Notes under the pieces: generated by a model
The model's input: only the letters and a program-made list of their open reading frames with translations
Databases searched by the model: none
What the model was told of the DNA's origin: nothing
Made by a program: the position numbers and the translations under genes
Source of the DNA: an uncultured bacterium
GTDB lineage: Bacteria > Omnitrophota > Omnitrophia > Omnitrophales > Aquincolibacteriaceae
Direction of reading: 5' to 3'
DNA length: 64,000 bases
Assembly: GCA_964410905.1 (NCBI GenBank)
Contig: CAYPIR010000002.1
Location: 14,665 to 78,664, forward strand
Shown: positions 1 to 11,300 of the stretch, piece after piece
How positions within the stretch are numbered: the stretch's first letter is position 1
Layout of the letters: each line of letters opens with the position of its first letter

Positions 1-54
1 AATTGTTACGGTGACTAAGATTTCAGTAAGTGTGAAGCCTTTTGCTCTATGCAT
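1..54 (-). CDS. Prepilin-type N-terminal domain protein, 5' end only (gene runs off the window start)
   Basis: The reverse complement of 1-54 encodes MHRAKGFTLTEILVTVTI, a classic G/FTLxE prepilin leader with Glu at +5. A strong RBS (AAAGAGGA) sits just upstream on the minus strand at about 57-64. Confidence 0.6.
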   Translation of the reverse strand, partial: MHRAKGFTLTEILVTVTI

Positions 55-83
55 ATTGTTCCTCTTTAATGTGATGTTCAAAA

Positions 84-398
84 TTAATAGTTTACTGACG
101 CAACAAATTTTTTAAGTGTTGTGCCGCCAACGGTTTCTTTGGTTACTGTAACATTTGTTCCATTGATTGTAGTAGTTTGAGTTGTGTCGCATGTCGCTGG
201 GGCGGTTCGGCATTTCCAGATAGCCCAGTGAATGCCCGCTTCAGCGAGATATTGTGATTGATATTCGTTTATTGCCTGTGAGTCAAAACTCGATCGTGTC
301 ATAAGCGTGGTTAGAACAGAAACCGTTCCTAGTGAAATCAGAATTAAAATCACAAGAATAGACAACAGGGCGAACCCGCGAGATTTTTTGTTGTTCAT
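84..398 (-). CDS. Pseudopilin / minor pilin-like protein
   Basis: Begins MNNKKSRGFALLSILVILILISLG: a basic leader followed by a hydrophobic helix, as in prepilin-type proteins. Start chosen at the internal Met (396-398) of the longer 84..476 ORF. Part of the same minus-strand operon as the neighbouring pilin genes. Confidence 0.5.
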   Translation of the reverse strand: MNNKKSRGFALLSILVILILISLGTVSVLTTLMTRSSFDSQAINEYQSQYLAEAGIHWAIWKCRTAPATCDTTQTTTINGTNVTVTKETVGGTTLKKFVASVNY

Positions 399-524
399 AA
401 TAAAACCTTTTTTGTCATTGCTGTGCATGTCAGCTAATTCGTAGACAGATTTAACTCTAAAGTCATCCTGTCCCAACGCCTAATGCGTTAGGACAAGGAG
501 TCTTGCGGGCTTACGCCCGTCTCG

Positions 525-1079
525 TCATCCTTGAGCGTTTCTGCCGCGCGCTGTTACAACGGTGAAAAGAGTTTCGGTTCTGCCGTCCGTCGAAAGATCT
601 ACTTGCATCTTAACTTGATTGGGGCGATCGGGAACATAACTAAAATGAACGCCGTCAACATTTTTTACAATAGTAGAGTCATTACTGCAAATTGTTCCGA
701 CACATGATTTGTATTTTAGCGTATCGTCTAACTTCCAATAATAATGCGTTGTGTCATTTGTGTGACTCGTGGTTGCCGGCCCAGTAGGTGAAACGCGGAC
801 GGCAAACGATGTATGCGTGTTGTCAGCGTTAACGGTATTTGTAATGCCTGCAACACCTGTTACGGGAATTTGCAAAAGGTTAGACTCAAGCGCCCGCGAA
901 CTTAATTCATCAAAAACAATCATTGTTGCCTCAGACGCAGTCGCGAGGTCTTGACCCGCGTTAAACGACATTCTGCCAAATGTTATAAGCAGATTGGACG
1001 CGGCTAAAAGAATCCCTATCAAAAGAACAATTGAAATTATGAGGTCAAAGAGAGATAGTCCGCGCGAATTTATTCTCAT
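525..1079 (-). CDS. Pseudopilin (GspH/I/J-like minor pilin)
   Basis: N-terminus MRINSRGLSLFDLIISIVLLIGILLAA has a prepilin cleavage/methylation-like segment with an acidic residue at +5. It overlaps the upstream gene by 4 nt, which suggests translational coupling. Confidence 0.55.
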   Translation of the reverse strand: MRINSRGLSLFDLIISIVLLIGILLAASNLLITFGRMSFNAGQDLATASEATMIVFDELSSRALESNLLQIPVTGVAGITNTVNADNTHTSFAVRVSPTGPATTSHTNDTTHYYWKLDDTLKYKSCVGTICSNDSTIVKNVDGVHFSYVPDRPNQVKMQVDLSTDGRTETLFTVVTARGRNAQG

Positions 1080-1510
1080 ACGGGATCATCCCATGTAACG
1101 GTAGATGTAACTTTTTTATACGCGACTTTGCCATTGCCGTCTGAAATATCCCAAACTGTATATGTGTGCGTGGCATTTAGACCGCTGGCGCTCAGAGCGC
1201 TTTTGGTAGGGATTGTGATGCTGTAAGTGGTTCCATTTCCGCACACTGTATCAATTATCGCAGAGCATGGTTTTGTATAACTTGTGTCGTTTAAAGCGGC
1301 TGCAGTTGTAGAAGTTGAACTTACGGAATTTTTAAGTTCTTCCAAAACTCGTTTTGATTCGTTTACCGCTTGGTTTTCCAAGCCGCTGATTGTGCCGCCC
1401 GAAGTGTTTTTGCTAAATAAATTGAGAGAAGATGAGATAGCAAGAGCCGCGATGGAGAGAAGAACAAGACTAACGACAACTTCTATGAGGGACATCGCTC
1501 GCTGATTCAT
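1076..1510 (-). CDS. Prepilin-type N-terminal cleavage/methylation domain protein
   Basis: N-terminus MNQRAMSLIEVVVSLVLLSIAALAI has the xSLIE motif with Glu at +5 followed by a hydrophobic helix. First gene of the minus-strand pilin operon. Confidence 0.6.
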   Translation of the reverse strand: MNQRAMSLIEVVVSLVLLSIAALAISSSLNLFSKNTSGGTISGLENQAVNESKRVLEELKNSVSSTSTTAAALNDTSYTKPCSAIIDTVCGNGTTYSITIPTKSALSASGLNATHTYTVWDISDGNGKVAYKKVTSTVTWDDPV

Positions 1511-1701
1511 AGACGAGGATTATAAATATTTTTTTTTATAATCAAAGTTTTTTTTATTTTTATATTAAAAACATTTCAGAAATGTCGATAAAGCAAAGTG
1601 TGTCCTAGTATTTTTATTTAGTAAATGCTAGAATTCTTTACGATTTGTGCATGTGCTAGGTGGTTTGTTTTTTTTAAATTTATTACAAAGAATAAGGACT
1701 T

Positions 1702-3558
1702 ATGAAAAAAGCCGTATTATTTTTTGTTGTGTTTGTCTTTTCCTCTCCCTTTGTTTCAACTCTTTTGGCGGAACCAATAGTTGGCATTTCCAAGGTTGAT
1801 TCGCCCGCGCCTTCTTCGGCGGGAATTTCATTTTCTGAAAATTATAACCAGCCTCAGTCCGCGCAAGTATCGTCCACGTTGCAGTACGCGGACGAAAAAG
1901 ATAAAGCGATGACGGACGCCATTTCCCAGAATGCGGCCAATGATAAAACCGGTGTAAATACAAATGTCCAGTCTCTTCGCGATGAACGAAGTCGCGAAAT
2001 GCCGTATCTTGATAAAATTTTTATTCGTTCTTCTATTACGACGGAACGTTCGCAGCGGCGGAATGAGTTTTTGCAAGGCGGACCAAAAACTTTGCAGGAT
2101 TTAATTCGCAGGGCGTTGGAAACTCATACGCAAGCAAAAGCTTCTCGTGAGAACATCAATCTTTATAATAGACGAATGATTGTCGCGCTTCGCAAGCTAT
2201 TTCCCGACATAACTTTCGACTTTAATTCGCGCGAAGGTACGCAAAACTCTTATCCGTATCGAGGGACAGATTATCATATATCCCTTCGCCAGCCTTTGTA
2301 TAAAGGAGGAATGCTGTGGAACGCGTTTTTACAGGAAAGAGCAAGCCTTGAAGCAGCAAAAAAACAATACGATAAAACGATAGCCGAACTCGTGTTTGAT
2401 TTGTCGAAATCTTATTTTGAATACCAACGCGCTGAGCAAACCGTAAAAGAATATCAATCTTTAGTCGCAAAAATGAAAAAATACGCGGATTTGACGGAAC
2501 AAAAGTTTCAAGAGAAACTTATTTCGGAAATGGAGCGCTTGAACGTTCAGTCGATTTACAGTCAAATGAATTTTGATTTAGAAGATGCCAATCAGGAATT
2601 TGAAATCGCCAAATTGGAACTTCAAAAATTTTTGGATTTAGAAGTTGAGGATTCTATTCAAGTAGAAAGTCTTTATAACATTGATGGAGTGCTCGCTTAC
2701 GCAGGAGACGCGAACGCGGCGCTCTCAGCATCGGGGCAAACCGCAAATGTTTTGGGCGATGACACAAAACCACCTGAGCTGCCTAAGCTCATTGACCTTT
2801 CGTATGGCTATCGACCTGAACTGCAAGTTGAAGCGGCACGGCTTCAAGCGGCACGGCTTGGTGAACGCATTAAGTGGGGCGAACTTTTACCGCAGGCGTA
2901 TTTGACCTATAAATTTGGAGAATTCGGCGAAGCGTATACCGCGGACGGCGCAACTCAACAGAGTTGGTATAAAGAGCGTCCCGGATATAAAACGCGCCCT
3001 GACCTTAAAAAAGAATGGCAAATTATGTTGGAGGTTAATTGGAATATCGGCGGAAACCGCGCGACATATTCTTATGACAATGATAATAAGGCACCGGCGC
3101 TTACAACTTATGGCGGAGCGGATAAAAGCAAGGTTAAGAAGCATCACTTTAGTTTGGGGATTTTGGACGGCCTTGACGCGTTTGTTAATTTGAAGCAGGC
3201 GGAAGTGGAAAAACTCAATCAGATTGTCGAGCTGGAAAAAACTGAAAAGCAGGTTTTGCAAGATGTTAAGACTGCTTATTACAGTTATCAGAAAGCGTCT
3301 ATTCAAACAAATTCTACAGTGAAGAGATTGCAATATCGCAAACGTCTTCGTGATTATACCGAGCATAGACTTGGTAAAAAAGAAGTAGAAGTGCCCGAAT
3401 ATATGCAGTCGGAAGTTGACCTTGTAAAAGAAAAGAGAGATTTGCATCAGGCGATAGAGGATTATCTCGCGGCACAAGCCTCTCTTAATCACGCGGTAGG
3501 CATTCAGGATTTACTTGCTTACTGGAGATTGAACGCTCAGCAGCAGTCGCAACAATAA
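1702..3558 (+). CDS. TolC-family outer membrane efflux protein (with S/Q-rich N-terminal extension)
   Basis: Signal peptide MKKAVLFFVVFVFSSPFVSTLLA. Long coiled-coil-rich repeats consistent with an outer membrane factor. RBS AAGGA upstream. Sits immediately upstream of the adaptor and RND permease genes. Confidence 0.7.
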   Translation: MKKAVLFFVVFVFSSPFVSTLLAEPIVGISKVDSPAPSSAGISFSENYNQPQSAQVSSTLQYADEKDKAMTDAISQNAANDKTGVNTNVQSLRDERSREMPYLDKIFIRSSITTERSQRRNEFLQGGPKTLQDLIRRALETHTQAKASRENINLYNRRMIVALRKLFPDITFDFNSREGTQNSYPYRGTDYHISLRQPLYKGGMLWNAFLQERASLEAAKKQYDKTIAELVFDLSKSYFEYQRAEQTVKEYQSLVAKMKKYADLTEQKFQEKLISEMERLNVQSIYSQMNFDLEDANQEFEIAKLELQKFLDLEVEDSIQVESLYNIDGVLAYAGDANAALSASGQTANVLGDDTKPPELPKLIDLSYGYRPELQVEAARLQAARLGERIKWGELLPQAYLTYKFGEFGEAYTADGATQQSWYKERPGYKTRPDLKKEWQIMLEVNWNIGGNRATYSYDNDNKAPALTTYGGADKSKVKKHHFSLGILDGLDAFVNLKQAEVEKLNQIVELEKTEKQVLQDVKTAYYSYQKASIQTNSTVKRLQYRKRLRDYTEHRLGKKEVEVPEYMQSEVDLVKEKRDLHQAIEDYLAAQASLNHAVGIQDLLAYWRLNAQQQSQQ

Positions 3559-3604
3559 AGCAAAACGGTTTCCCAGTACTAAATAACATCAAGGAAGGGT
3601 TTTT

Positions 3605-5026
3605 ATGACATTGCAAAATGAAGATTCGTTTGAGCAACAAAAAAAACGAGTTAATATTTCATATCCTTACGGTAAACAAGACGTATCGTTTGGACAAGTT
3701 CCCGGCTCGCCTAAAAAACCATTTTTTTTAAAGTCTAAAATCAAATTCATTGTAATAGCGGTAGCGGCTATAGCTCTTATTTTTGTTGTAAAAACTATTC
3801 TTAATAAAAACAAACCTCAAAAAACCTCACTTCAGGACGCGATACAACAACAGCAGCAACAAGCAAAAGAAGCTCCCGTGGCAGTAAAGGCGTTTAAGGT
3901 TGCCCGGTTTAATTATGAAGATTCTATGAATGTTCTTGGAACTATAAAGGGCGGAACGGAATTAAAACTTAGTTTTGAAATCCCAGGCGTCATAAGTTCC
4001 ATCAATTATAAAGAAGGTGAGCGGTATGAAGACGGAGCTCTTCTTCTGTCGCTTCGCCAAGATGATATTTTGCTTCGTTTAAAACGCGCTCAAGCGGCGT
4101 TCAATAAGGCCGAGTCGCAAGCTAAAGTCACGGAAAACGAAGTCGCGGAAAACGAAAAACTTTTAAAGATGGGAGCGATTCCTCCGTCTACGGTTGAAAA
4201 GAAACGTTTGGAAATGGAGGCAGCTAAATTTGAGGCCGAGGCGCAGCGGCTTGAAATGAAGGCAAATGAGTCAATGCTTGAAAAATCAAATCTTTATGCG
4301 ACTTCATCAGGAATGCTCGGTTCTCTTAATGTCGGCGAAGGTGAAACTATTTCGCAAAGTACGCTTATTGGGACGCATATCAATATTGAATTTGTTTACG
4401 CGGAGTTTGGGATTGTGGAGCGCGATATGCAAAAAATTTCTCTTGGGCAAAAGGCCAAGGTATTTGTGGACGCGTATCCTGATAAAACTTTTGACGGCGT
4501 TGTAGAAAATATTGCGCCGCAAATTACAGGAACCAGCAGAACATCAACAGCGAAGATAAGAATAGAAAACCCCGACCGTCTTCTTTTGCCCGGTATGTTT
4601 GCGCGTGTTCGTATTCTTCTCTACACTAAAAAAGACGCGATTGTTATCCCTACAGACGCTGTTCAGGGCGGCGAAGACGAAAAGTTTGTTTATGTATTGA
4701 AAATGCCCGCTTCCAATGATTCCAAGCAAGATCCAAAACTTACCGATGCGATGGGCGGCGGCATTACGGCGCTCGCGGCGTTGGGCGCGGCGGGAAATCA
4801 AGCAAAGACATCGGGCGTAAAAAAAGTAGAGCCGACAGAAACCATTAAAAAAATTGAAGAAGGAACGGTTGAAAAACGGCCTATCGTTGTTGGTTATACG
4901 AGAACAGATTATTCTCAAATCGATGCGGGTCTTTCTGCCGGTGAGCTTGTCGCGATGACAGGTTTTGAACGCCTCGAAGACGGCAAGAAAATTCGTTTAA
5001 TTGAAACTCAAGAAGCCGAAGGGTAG
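3605..5026 (+). CDS. RND efflux periplasmic adaptor (HlyD/MFP family)
   Basis: Single N-terminal TM helix, then coiled-coil and beta-barrel/lipoyl-like segments typical of membrane fusion proteins. RBS AAGGAAGG. Lies between the TolC-like and RND permease genes. Confidence 0.75.
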   Translation: MTLQNEDSFEQQKKRVNISYPYGKQDVSFGQVPGSPKKPFFLKSKIKFIVIAVAAIALIFVVKTILNKNKPQKTSLQDAIQQQQQQAKEAPVAVKAFKVARFNYEDSMNVLGTIKGGTELKLSFEIPGVISSINYKEGERYEDGALLLSLRQDDILLRLKRAQAAFNKAESQAKVTENEVAENEKLLKMGAIPPSTVEKKRLEMEAAKFEAEAQRLEMKANESMLEKSNLYATSSGMLGSLNVGEGETISQSTLIGTHINIEFVYAEFGIVERDMQKISLGQKAKVFVDAYPDKTFDGVVENIAPQITGTSRTSTAKIRIENPDRLLLPGMFARVRILLYTKKDAIVIPTDAVQGGEDEKFVYVLKMPASNDSKQDPKLTDAMGGGITALAALGAAGNQAKTSGVKKVEPTETIKKIEEGTVEKRPIVVGYTRTDYSQIDAGLSAGELVAMTGFERLEDGKKIRLIETQEAEG

Positions 5027-5128
5027 TTTATTCTGTTATCCGGCGATGTTACAAAACAATGCGCGGAACGCGAAAAAATATTTGTTTTCTTAAACGAATA
5101 GCGGATTTATAAAGGATTATTTCACAGA

Positions 5129-8100
5129 ATGAGTCTCCCGGAATTTTCGATAAAGAAAAAAGTAACGATTTATATGTTCACGCTCGGGCTAATATTGCTC
5201 GGCATTCTTTCTTTTAAACGCCTTCCTCAAGATCTTTTTCCACCAATTACATTCCCGCAAGTTACTATCGTAACGGATTATTCAAACGCCGCTCCCGAAG
5301 AAATCGAGACGCTTGTTACGCGTGTGATCGAAGAAGCTGTCGGCTCTGTCGCGGGATTGAAGCGCATTGAGTCTGTGTCTCGCGAGGGACGAAGCACAAT
5401 TATGGTGTCGTTTAACTGGGGGCAGGATATTGATTTCGCGGCGCTCGCGCTGCGTGAAAAAGTCGATCTTATAAAAGAACGTTTGCCTAAGGAGTGCGAA
5501 GACCCTGTCGTCTTGAAGTTTGATCCGCTTTCTCGCCCGATACTTTTGCTTTCTATTACCGCGCCGGATCTTCCTCCAGTCCGGATGAAGCTGCTTGCTG
5601 AAAAAATGGTAAAAGACCGTCTTGAAAAAGTTGAGGGCGTGGCATCGGTAAATTTATCGGGCGGCGTTAACCGTGAAATTTTGGTTGATATTGACGGCTC
5701 GCGTCTTCAAGCAAATCACTTATCGCTTTTGCAAGTCGTGGATTCACTGGACGAAGCAAATGTGTCATATCCCGCGGGAAGCATCAAAAAAGGTTTGTAT
5801 GAATATTTGATTAGAACAGTCGGGGAATTTAGGTCGCCTGCGGAAATTGAATATGCCGTTGTTGGAGTCGATACGGTTGAGAAGATGCGGCGCGAAGAAA
5901 CCAGTTTTGTGGAGAAAGATGCGGGTTACGGACCGCGCGAAACAATAGAAAAAATCCGAAGCGAACTTGAGAAACAAACACTTGAAAAACGTCTGGTAAC
6001 GGTAAAGGACATTGGCAAAGTCGTGGACGGATTAGCCGAAAAGACCAGCGTTTCTAGATATAACGGATCGGAAAATATTTCCGTAGCGATTCAAAAGCAA
6101 TCTAATGCCAACACTATTCAGGTTGTTGACCGGCTGCGCAAGGAATTAGAATTTTTAGAAGAGGATTTTCATTCCCGCGGTCTTGATGTGAAAATCATAT
6201 ATGACCATTCGACATTTATCCGCAACACCATTGAAAACCTTGCTCATGAGGCGGTGCAAGGCGGTATTTTGGCGCTTATCACGCTATACATTTATTTGCG
6301 GGCGGCGGCGATGTCAGCTCTTGTTATCGTCTCATTGCCGCTTACGATTTTGGGCGTTTTCTTTCTAATGAGTCTCGCGGGCGTAACTGTCAATATTATG
6401 TCTCTTGGCGGTCTCGCAATCGCGATTGGTATGATTACGGATACCAGTATCGTTGTGCTTGAAAATATTTTCCGCAAGCGTCAAGAAGAAGGACTTGAAC
6501 CGGAAAAAGCCGCGATTGACGGAGCTACTGAGGTTGTTTGGCCGGTTGTGTCATCCAATCTTACAACCATCGCCGTTTTTTTTCCGTTGATTGTTTTTGT
6601 GCCCGGAGTTGCGGGACAGATTTTTAAAGATCTTGCGTGGGCGATTATTTTTTCTCAGGTTATTTCTACCTTTGTTCCTCTTACGCTCGTCGCGATGCTT
6701 TCCATTTATGTAAAAGTTCAGCAGCAAGATTCGAAGCCGCTTAGCATTACAGGAAATCTTGATAAGAAAATTCTCTCAATGCGGACGCCGGATGAACAGA
6801 ATCGTTTGATGATAGGTATTTTGCTTTCCGCGTTTTTGCTTCTCGCGTCAACATTTATGATTGTCCCGTCAATTGATCGCGAAGTGTTGCCCAAAGTTGA
6901 CCAAGGACAATTTTACGTAAAAGTAGACATGCCGATTGGCGTCAGGCTTCGCGTAACTGACGATGTGTGCAAACGAATTGAAAAGGTTTTAAGATCAGAT
7001 AAAGACGTTAAGGATATTTCGGTTTCTATTGGAAGTGAAAAGTCTTCTAAAGGTGAAATTAAAGTTGAGACGCTTCGCGCTTCGCAGGCTTTGATACTTG
7101 TTACTTTGAATCCCGAAAGAGAGAGGCCGTCTTCTCAGGTCGTGGAATTCTTGCGGCAAAAAGTTGACGAATTGCGGCTTGAAAAAGACGACGCTAAAAT
7201 TGCGTTTGTTTTGCAGGAAAGCGATTTTGCTGTCGCGGGTTCATCCTCAAAGCCTGTTGTGCTTGAAGTTAAAGGTTATGACTTTAAGACAATGGATGAT
7301 TTGGTTGAGCGGCTCAAAAAACGTTTGTCCGAGATTCCCGGCATTCGTGATGTCCAGGACGACATTGGAGAAAAATCCCCAGAAACAAAACTTGATATTA
7401 ACAAACGCCGCGCCGCGCTTTACGGCGTTTCCGCTATGGATATTTCACTTACCGCGAAAGCTGCGATTGAGGGCGTCATCGCGACTCAGTATCGTGAAGC
7501 GGGCAGAGAGGTTGATGTCCGAGTCCGCTTAAGCAACAAAGACCGAGAAAATATCAGCAATATTGGTTCGTTGCTTCTTTACTCCAAAGTTTTAGATGTT
7601 CACATTCCGCTTAAGGAAATCGCTAATATAGAACGAGGTTTGGGTCCCAGCGAGATTAAGCGTATGGATCAAGAACGCACGGTTACAGTTTCTGCCGATA
7701 TTGATAAAACGCGGCAGGATAAAGATGTTTTGTTAGATGTTCAAAGGTTTTTGCAAGGGCTTAGGGTCCCGGAAGATATTCCGCAGGATTTTCAGGTTAA
7801 ACTCTCGGGCAAAGCAAAGGAAATTAAAGAAAATTTCGGCGGAGTTATTTTTGCGTTCGTTCTTGCCATTATGCTTGTATATATGATTATGGCGGCTCAG
7901 TTTGAATCCTTTTTGCAGCCGCTTATCATTATGGTTACAGTCCCGCTTTCATTTGGCGGGGCGCTTATCGCTCTAAAACTTACGGGGACATCGTTTAATG
8001 TTATCTCACTTTTAGGCCTTGTCCTTCTCGGAGGAGTTGTTGTCGGTAACGGTATTGTTTTGATGGAATATATTAATCAACTTCGCTCAGAGGGAAAAGA

Positions 8101-8389
8101 AATGGTTGAGGCAGTGTGGGAAGCGACCAGAACCAGAACTCGTCCCGTTCTTATGTCTTCCACCACAACGATTATGGGTATGTTCCCGATAGCGCTTGGG
8201 CTTGGCGAAGGCGCCGGGCTTTTGTCGCCGCTTGCCGTTACCGCGATGGGCGGGCTTTTTTCTTCGACAATTCTTACTCTCATCGTTCTTCCGTGTTTTT
8301 ACATCATTGTAAACCGCTTTGTAGAAAAACTTCTCGGATATGAAGAAGAGATAATAGAAGTATCTGAGAATCCTTCCAGACCTCTCTGA
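5129..8389 (+). CDS. RND efflux transporter permease (AcrB/MdtB-like)
   Basis: 1086 aa with 12-TM architecture and two large periplasmic loops. Conserved RND stretches such as LSLGGLAIAIGMITDTSIVVLENI and a C-terminal VLPCFY. Confidence 0.9.
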   Translation: MSLPEFSIKKKVTIYMFTLGLILLGILSFKRLPQDLFPPITFPQVTIVTDYSNAAPEEIETLVTRVIEEAVGSVAGLKRIESVSREGRSTIMVSFNWGQDIDFAALALREKVDLIKERLPKECEDPVVLKFDPLSRPILLLSITAPDLPPVRMKLLAEKMVKDRLEKVEGVASVNLSGGVNREILVDIDGSRLQANHLSLLQVVDSLDEANVSYPAGSIKKGLYEYLIRTVGEFRSPAEIEYAVVGVDTVEKMRREETSFVEKDAGYGPRETIEKIRSELEKQTLEKRLVTVKDIGKVVDGLAEKTSVSRYNGSENISVAIQKQSNANTIQVVDRLRKELEFLEEDFHSRGLDVKIIYDHSTFIRNTIENLAHEAVQGGILALITLYIYLRAAAMSALVIVSLPLTILGVFFLMSLAGVTVNIMSLGGLAIAIGMITDTSIVVLENIFRKRQEEGLEPEKAAIDGATEVVWPVVSSNLTTIAVFFPLIVFVPGVAGQIFKDLAWAIIFSQVISTFVPLTLVAMLSIYVKVQQQDSKPLSITGNLDKKILSMRTPDEQNRLMIGILLSAFLLLASTFMIVPSIDREVLPKVDQGQFYVKVDMPIGVRLRVTDDVCKRIEKVLRSDKDVKDISVSIGSEKSSKGEIKVETLRASQALILVTLNPERERPSSQVVEFLRQKVDELRLEKDDAKIAFVLQESDFAVAGSSSKPVVLEVKGYDFKTMDDLVERLKKRLSEIPGIRDVQDDIGEKSPETKLDINKRRAALYGVSAMDISLTAKAAIEGVIATQYREAGREVDVRVRLSNKDRENISNIGSLLLYSKVLDVHIPLKEIANIERGLGPSEIKRMDQERTVTVSADIDKTRQDKDVLLDVQRFLQGLRVPEDIPQDFQVKLSGKAKEIKENFGGVIFAFVLAIMLVYMIMAAQFESFLQPLIIMVTVPLSFGGALIALKLTGTSFNVISLLGLVLLGGVVVGNGIVLMEYINQLRSEGKEMVEAVWEATRTRTRPVLMSSTTTIMGMFPIALGLGEGAGLLSPLAVTAMGGLFSSTILTLIVLPCFYIIVNRFVEKLLGYEEEIIEVSENPSRPL

Positions 8390-8391
8390 TT

Positions 8392-11300
8392 ATGGGACTT
8401 CCCAGCATCGCCTTAAAGCGTCCCGTGTTGACCGCGGTTCTTTTCATCGGAGTTATTGTTATTGGTTTTATTTCCTTGATGCGTCTTAAAGTTGAACTTT
8501 ATCAAGGGCAAAATCAGGGCATCGTTTCAATTGTCGTTCGCGCCCGCGGCGGACTTCCTTCTCAAGACGTAGAAAAAATGATTACAAAACCCATAGAAGA
8601 AGCCGTGGGAACAGTCAGCAGAATGAAAAGCCTTTACTCAAGTTCCCGTGAGGCTGAGTCCCGCGTAACTATGGAGTTTGAGCCCGGAACGGATATGAAG
8701 TTTGCCGCTCTTGAGGTCCGCGAAAAATTTGCCCGTGTAAAACCGCTTCTTCCAAGAGAAATAGAAAAGCCGGTTATAGCCAATTATGATGACGCGCAAT
8801 CCGCAGTATTGGTTTTTGCTGTAACTAGCGAGTCTAAGACTCCGGAAGAAATACGCGAAATGGTGGACGTGAAATTAAAACCCGTTTTGAGCCGAATTGA
8901 CGGCGTTGCCAGCGTTGAGGTTTACGGAGGAAGAGAACGGAAAATTTTAGTCGAACTTGATCGCGATAAAATGGTTGCGTACAACATTTCTATTGAACGA
9001 GTGATGGATGTTTTAGGTCAGAGCAACATCAATTTGCTCGCGGGAAATGTTAAGTCCGGCAGATATGACTTTGCCGTTCGTACGATGGGCGCGTTTATGA
9101 CAGTGGAAGAGGTCGGGGATATCGGCGTAAAAGCCACTAGGCAAGGCTCGATTATATCCTTGAGAGAAATCGGTACGATTAAAGATTCATACACGGAGGC
9201 TAATGATTACGCGCGTCTCAATTTAGACCAAAACGTTACGGTCTATGTAAAAAAAGCAAGTGTCGCGAACACTCTTGAAGTTGCTCGTGATTTAAATGCT
9301 TTGCTGGATTATTTTGAAGAAGAGCAAAAACAGGATATTAAAATTGTAGTGGTAAGCGACAAAGCGGATGCCATCGCGCGCGCGATTGGCGATGTTAGGA
9401 CTTCACTTTTAATCGGACTTGTTTTAACGATGTTTGTTATTTATATGTTTCTCCGCAAAGTTGTTTTGTCGCTAATTATCTTGGCTGTTATTCCGTGTTC
9501 TCTAGTCGCGACGTTTATTTTCATGGCTGCGTGCAATATCAGTATCAACATTATGACTTTGAGCGGGCTTTCGCTCGCGACAGGTATTTTGGTCGATACT
9601 GCCATTGTAATTCTGGAAAATATTTTTGCTCATAAAGAAAAAGGAATGAAGAACTTGGAGGCCGTGCACACGGGCAGTGAAGAAATCTGGTTGCCTTTGC
9701 TTGCGTCAATGACCACGACTCTTGTGGTGTTTATTCCGATAGTTCTTTCTGATAAAACAATACAACTTACTTACGGCGGTTTCGCTTTTACAATTTCGGT
9801 GTCGCTTGTTTGTTCGTTTGTTTCCGCGCTGATGCTTATTCCGATTTTAATTAGGCAATTCGGGCTCCGTGATCTGCAGCCGGAGAACGATAATTCCTCT
9901 GAAAGATTTTTAAGAAAACTCAAAGAAAAATACGGAGAAAAAATCCCAAAAATTTTAGCAAAACGGTGGATGGTTATAGGCAGTGTTAGCCTTATTTGCC
10001 TTTTCACTGGCTGGATGCTCTCTAAAACGCCGATAGACTGGCCGTCAACTTTTGAAGAAAACGAATTTGCGATAATTACATTTCCTCTTGCCGGAGCGCA
10101 GCTTGACACTAACGATGAAGTTATGAGAAGGATCGAAGAAATTCTTTCCAAAATTCCTGATGTTACTCTTTTTTCCACAACCGTTTCTAAAGATGATTTG
10201 CGGCTTTTTGTGCGTTTGAAGCCGTCTAGGCAAAGGCAATATTCCAAAGACGAAATTATGAAGTTGATTGACGAAGAAGGCAACGCGGCAATTAAAGAAA
10301 TTCATAATGATTTCAGCTTAATCGTGGACGAAGGCGGCGGAAGTTCGGAAAGTAAAAAACTTATTGTGAATATTTACGGACAAGACGGTGATGAATTAGA
10401 AAAGTTGGCGAAGGAATTTGCCAATCAGATGTCTAAAATTGATGGGCTTTCCAATATAGTCATGACTGACTTGCGGAAACGTCCCGAGTATTCGCTTGTG
10501 GTTGATAAGGGGAAGGCCGCGATGTATGGACTTTCAGTTAAATCTGTCGCCGACAGTATGCACGCGCAAGTCCGAGGAATGCGCCCTACAAAGTTTCACG
10601 AATATTCCAAAGGCGAAGAGATTGAAACTATCACGCGGCTTCAAGCAATTTATCGCCAAAAGTTAGAAGACCTAGGGCAAATATTTTTGGAAACAAAAGA
10701 AAACCGCCCTGTTGCCGTAAGCGAAATCGCAAACTTTTATCCTTCGGTTGGACCGCAAACCATTGACCGTAAAGAAAAGCATCGTTATGTATTTGTAAAA
10801 GGCGATGTGAAAAGACCAATAGAACTTGTTGCCGCCGATGCTAAAGCGCTGATTAAGAATATTAAACTTCCGGACGATTATTATTGGCGGTTCGGCGGCG
10901 GGTTTGATGAGTTGATGGAGTCGAAAACCGAACTTGGCTTCGCGGTTGTTTTGACTGTTTTTCTTATTTATATGGTTATGGCATGCCTTTACCAAAGTTA
11001 TGTTTATCCGCTTCTCATTATGGGAACGGTGCCTATGTCTGCCATAGGCGTTTGGCTCGCGCTTAGTTGGCCTATGATTATTTCAAAACCTTGGACGTGG
11101 CTTGGTCTCCCGACGGAATGGATTGGTTGGCTGCCCGCTCCGAAACCTCTTAGCACTCAAGTGTTTATTGGGATTATTCTTTTGGCAGGATATGTCGTAA
11201 ACGCAGGAATTATTTTAGTAGATACTCTTCTTCGCTTGGATGAAACAAAGCCGATGGAGGAACGTCTGATTATTACTTGTAAAGAACGCTTGCGGCCGAT

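Noticed and set aside
2887-3492. 201-aa minus-strand ORF antisense to the TolC-like gene. Similar antisense ORFs lie inside the RND, kinase and coiled-coil genes, for example 5765-5977, 9771-10283, 16628-16918 and 62451-62921.
   Set aside because: They lie wholly inside well-supported long genes on the opposite strand. They have odd amino-acid composition (F/I/L/R-rich mirror of the sense codons) and no RBS or domain. They are shadow ORFs.
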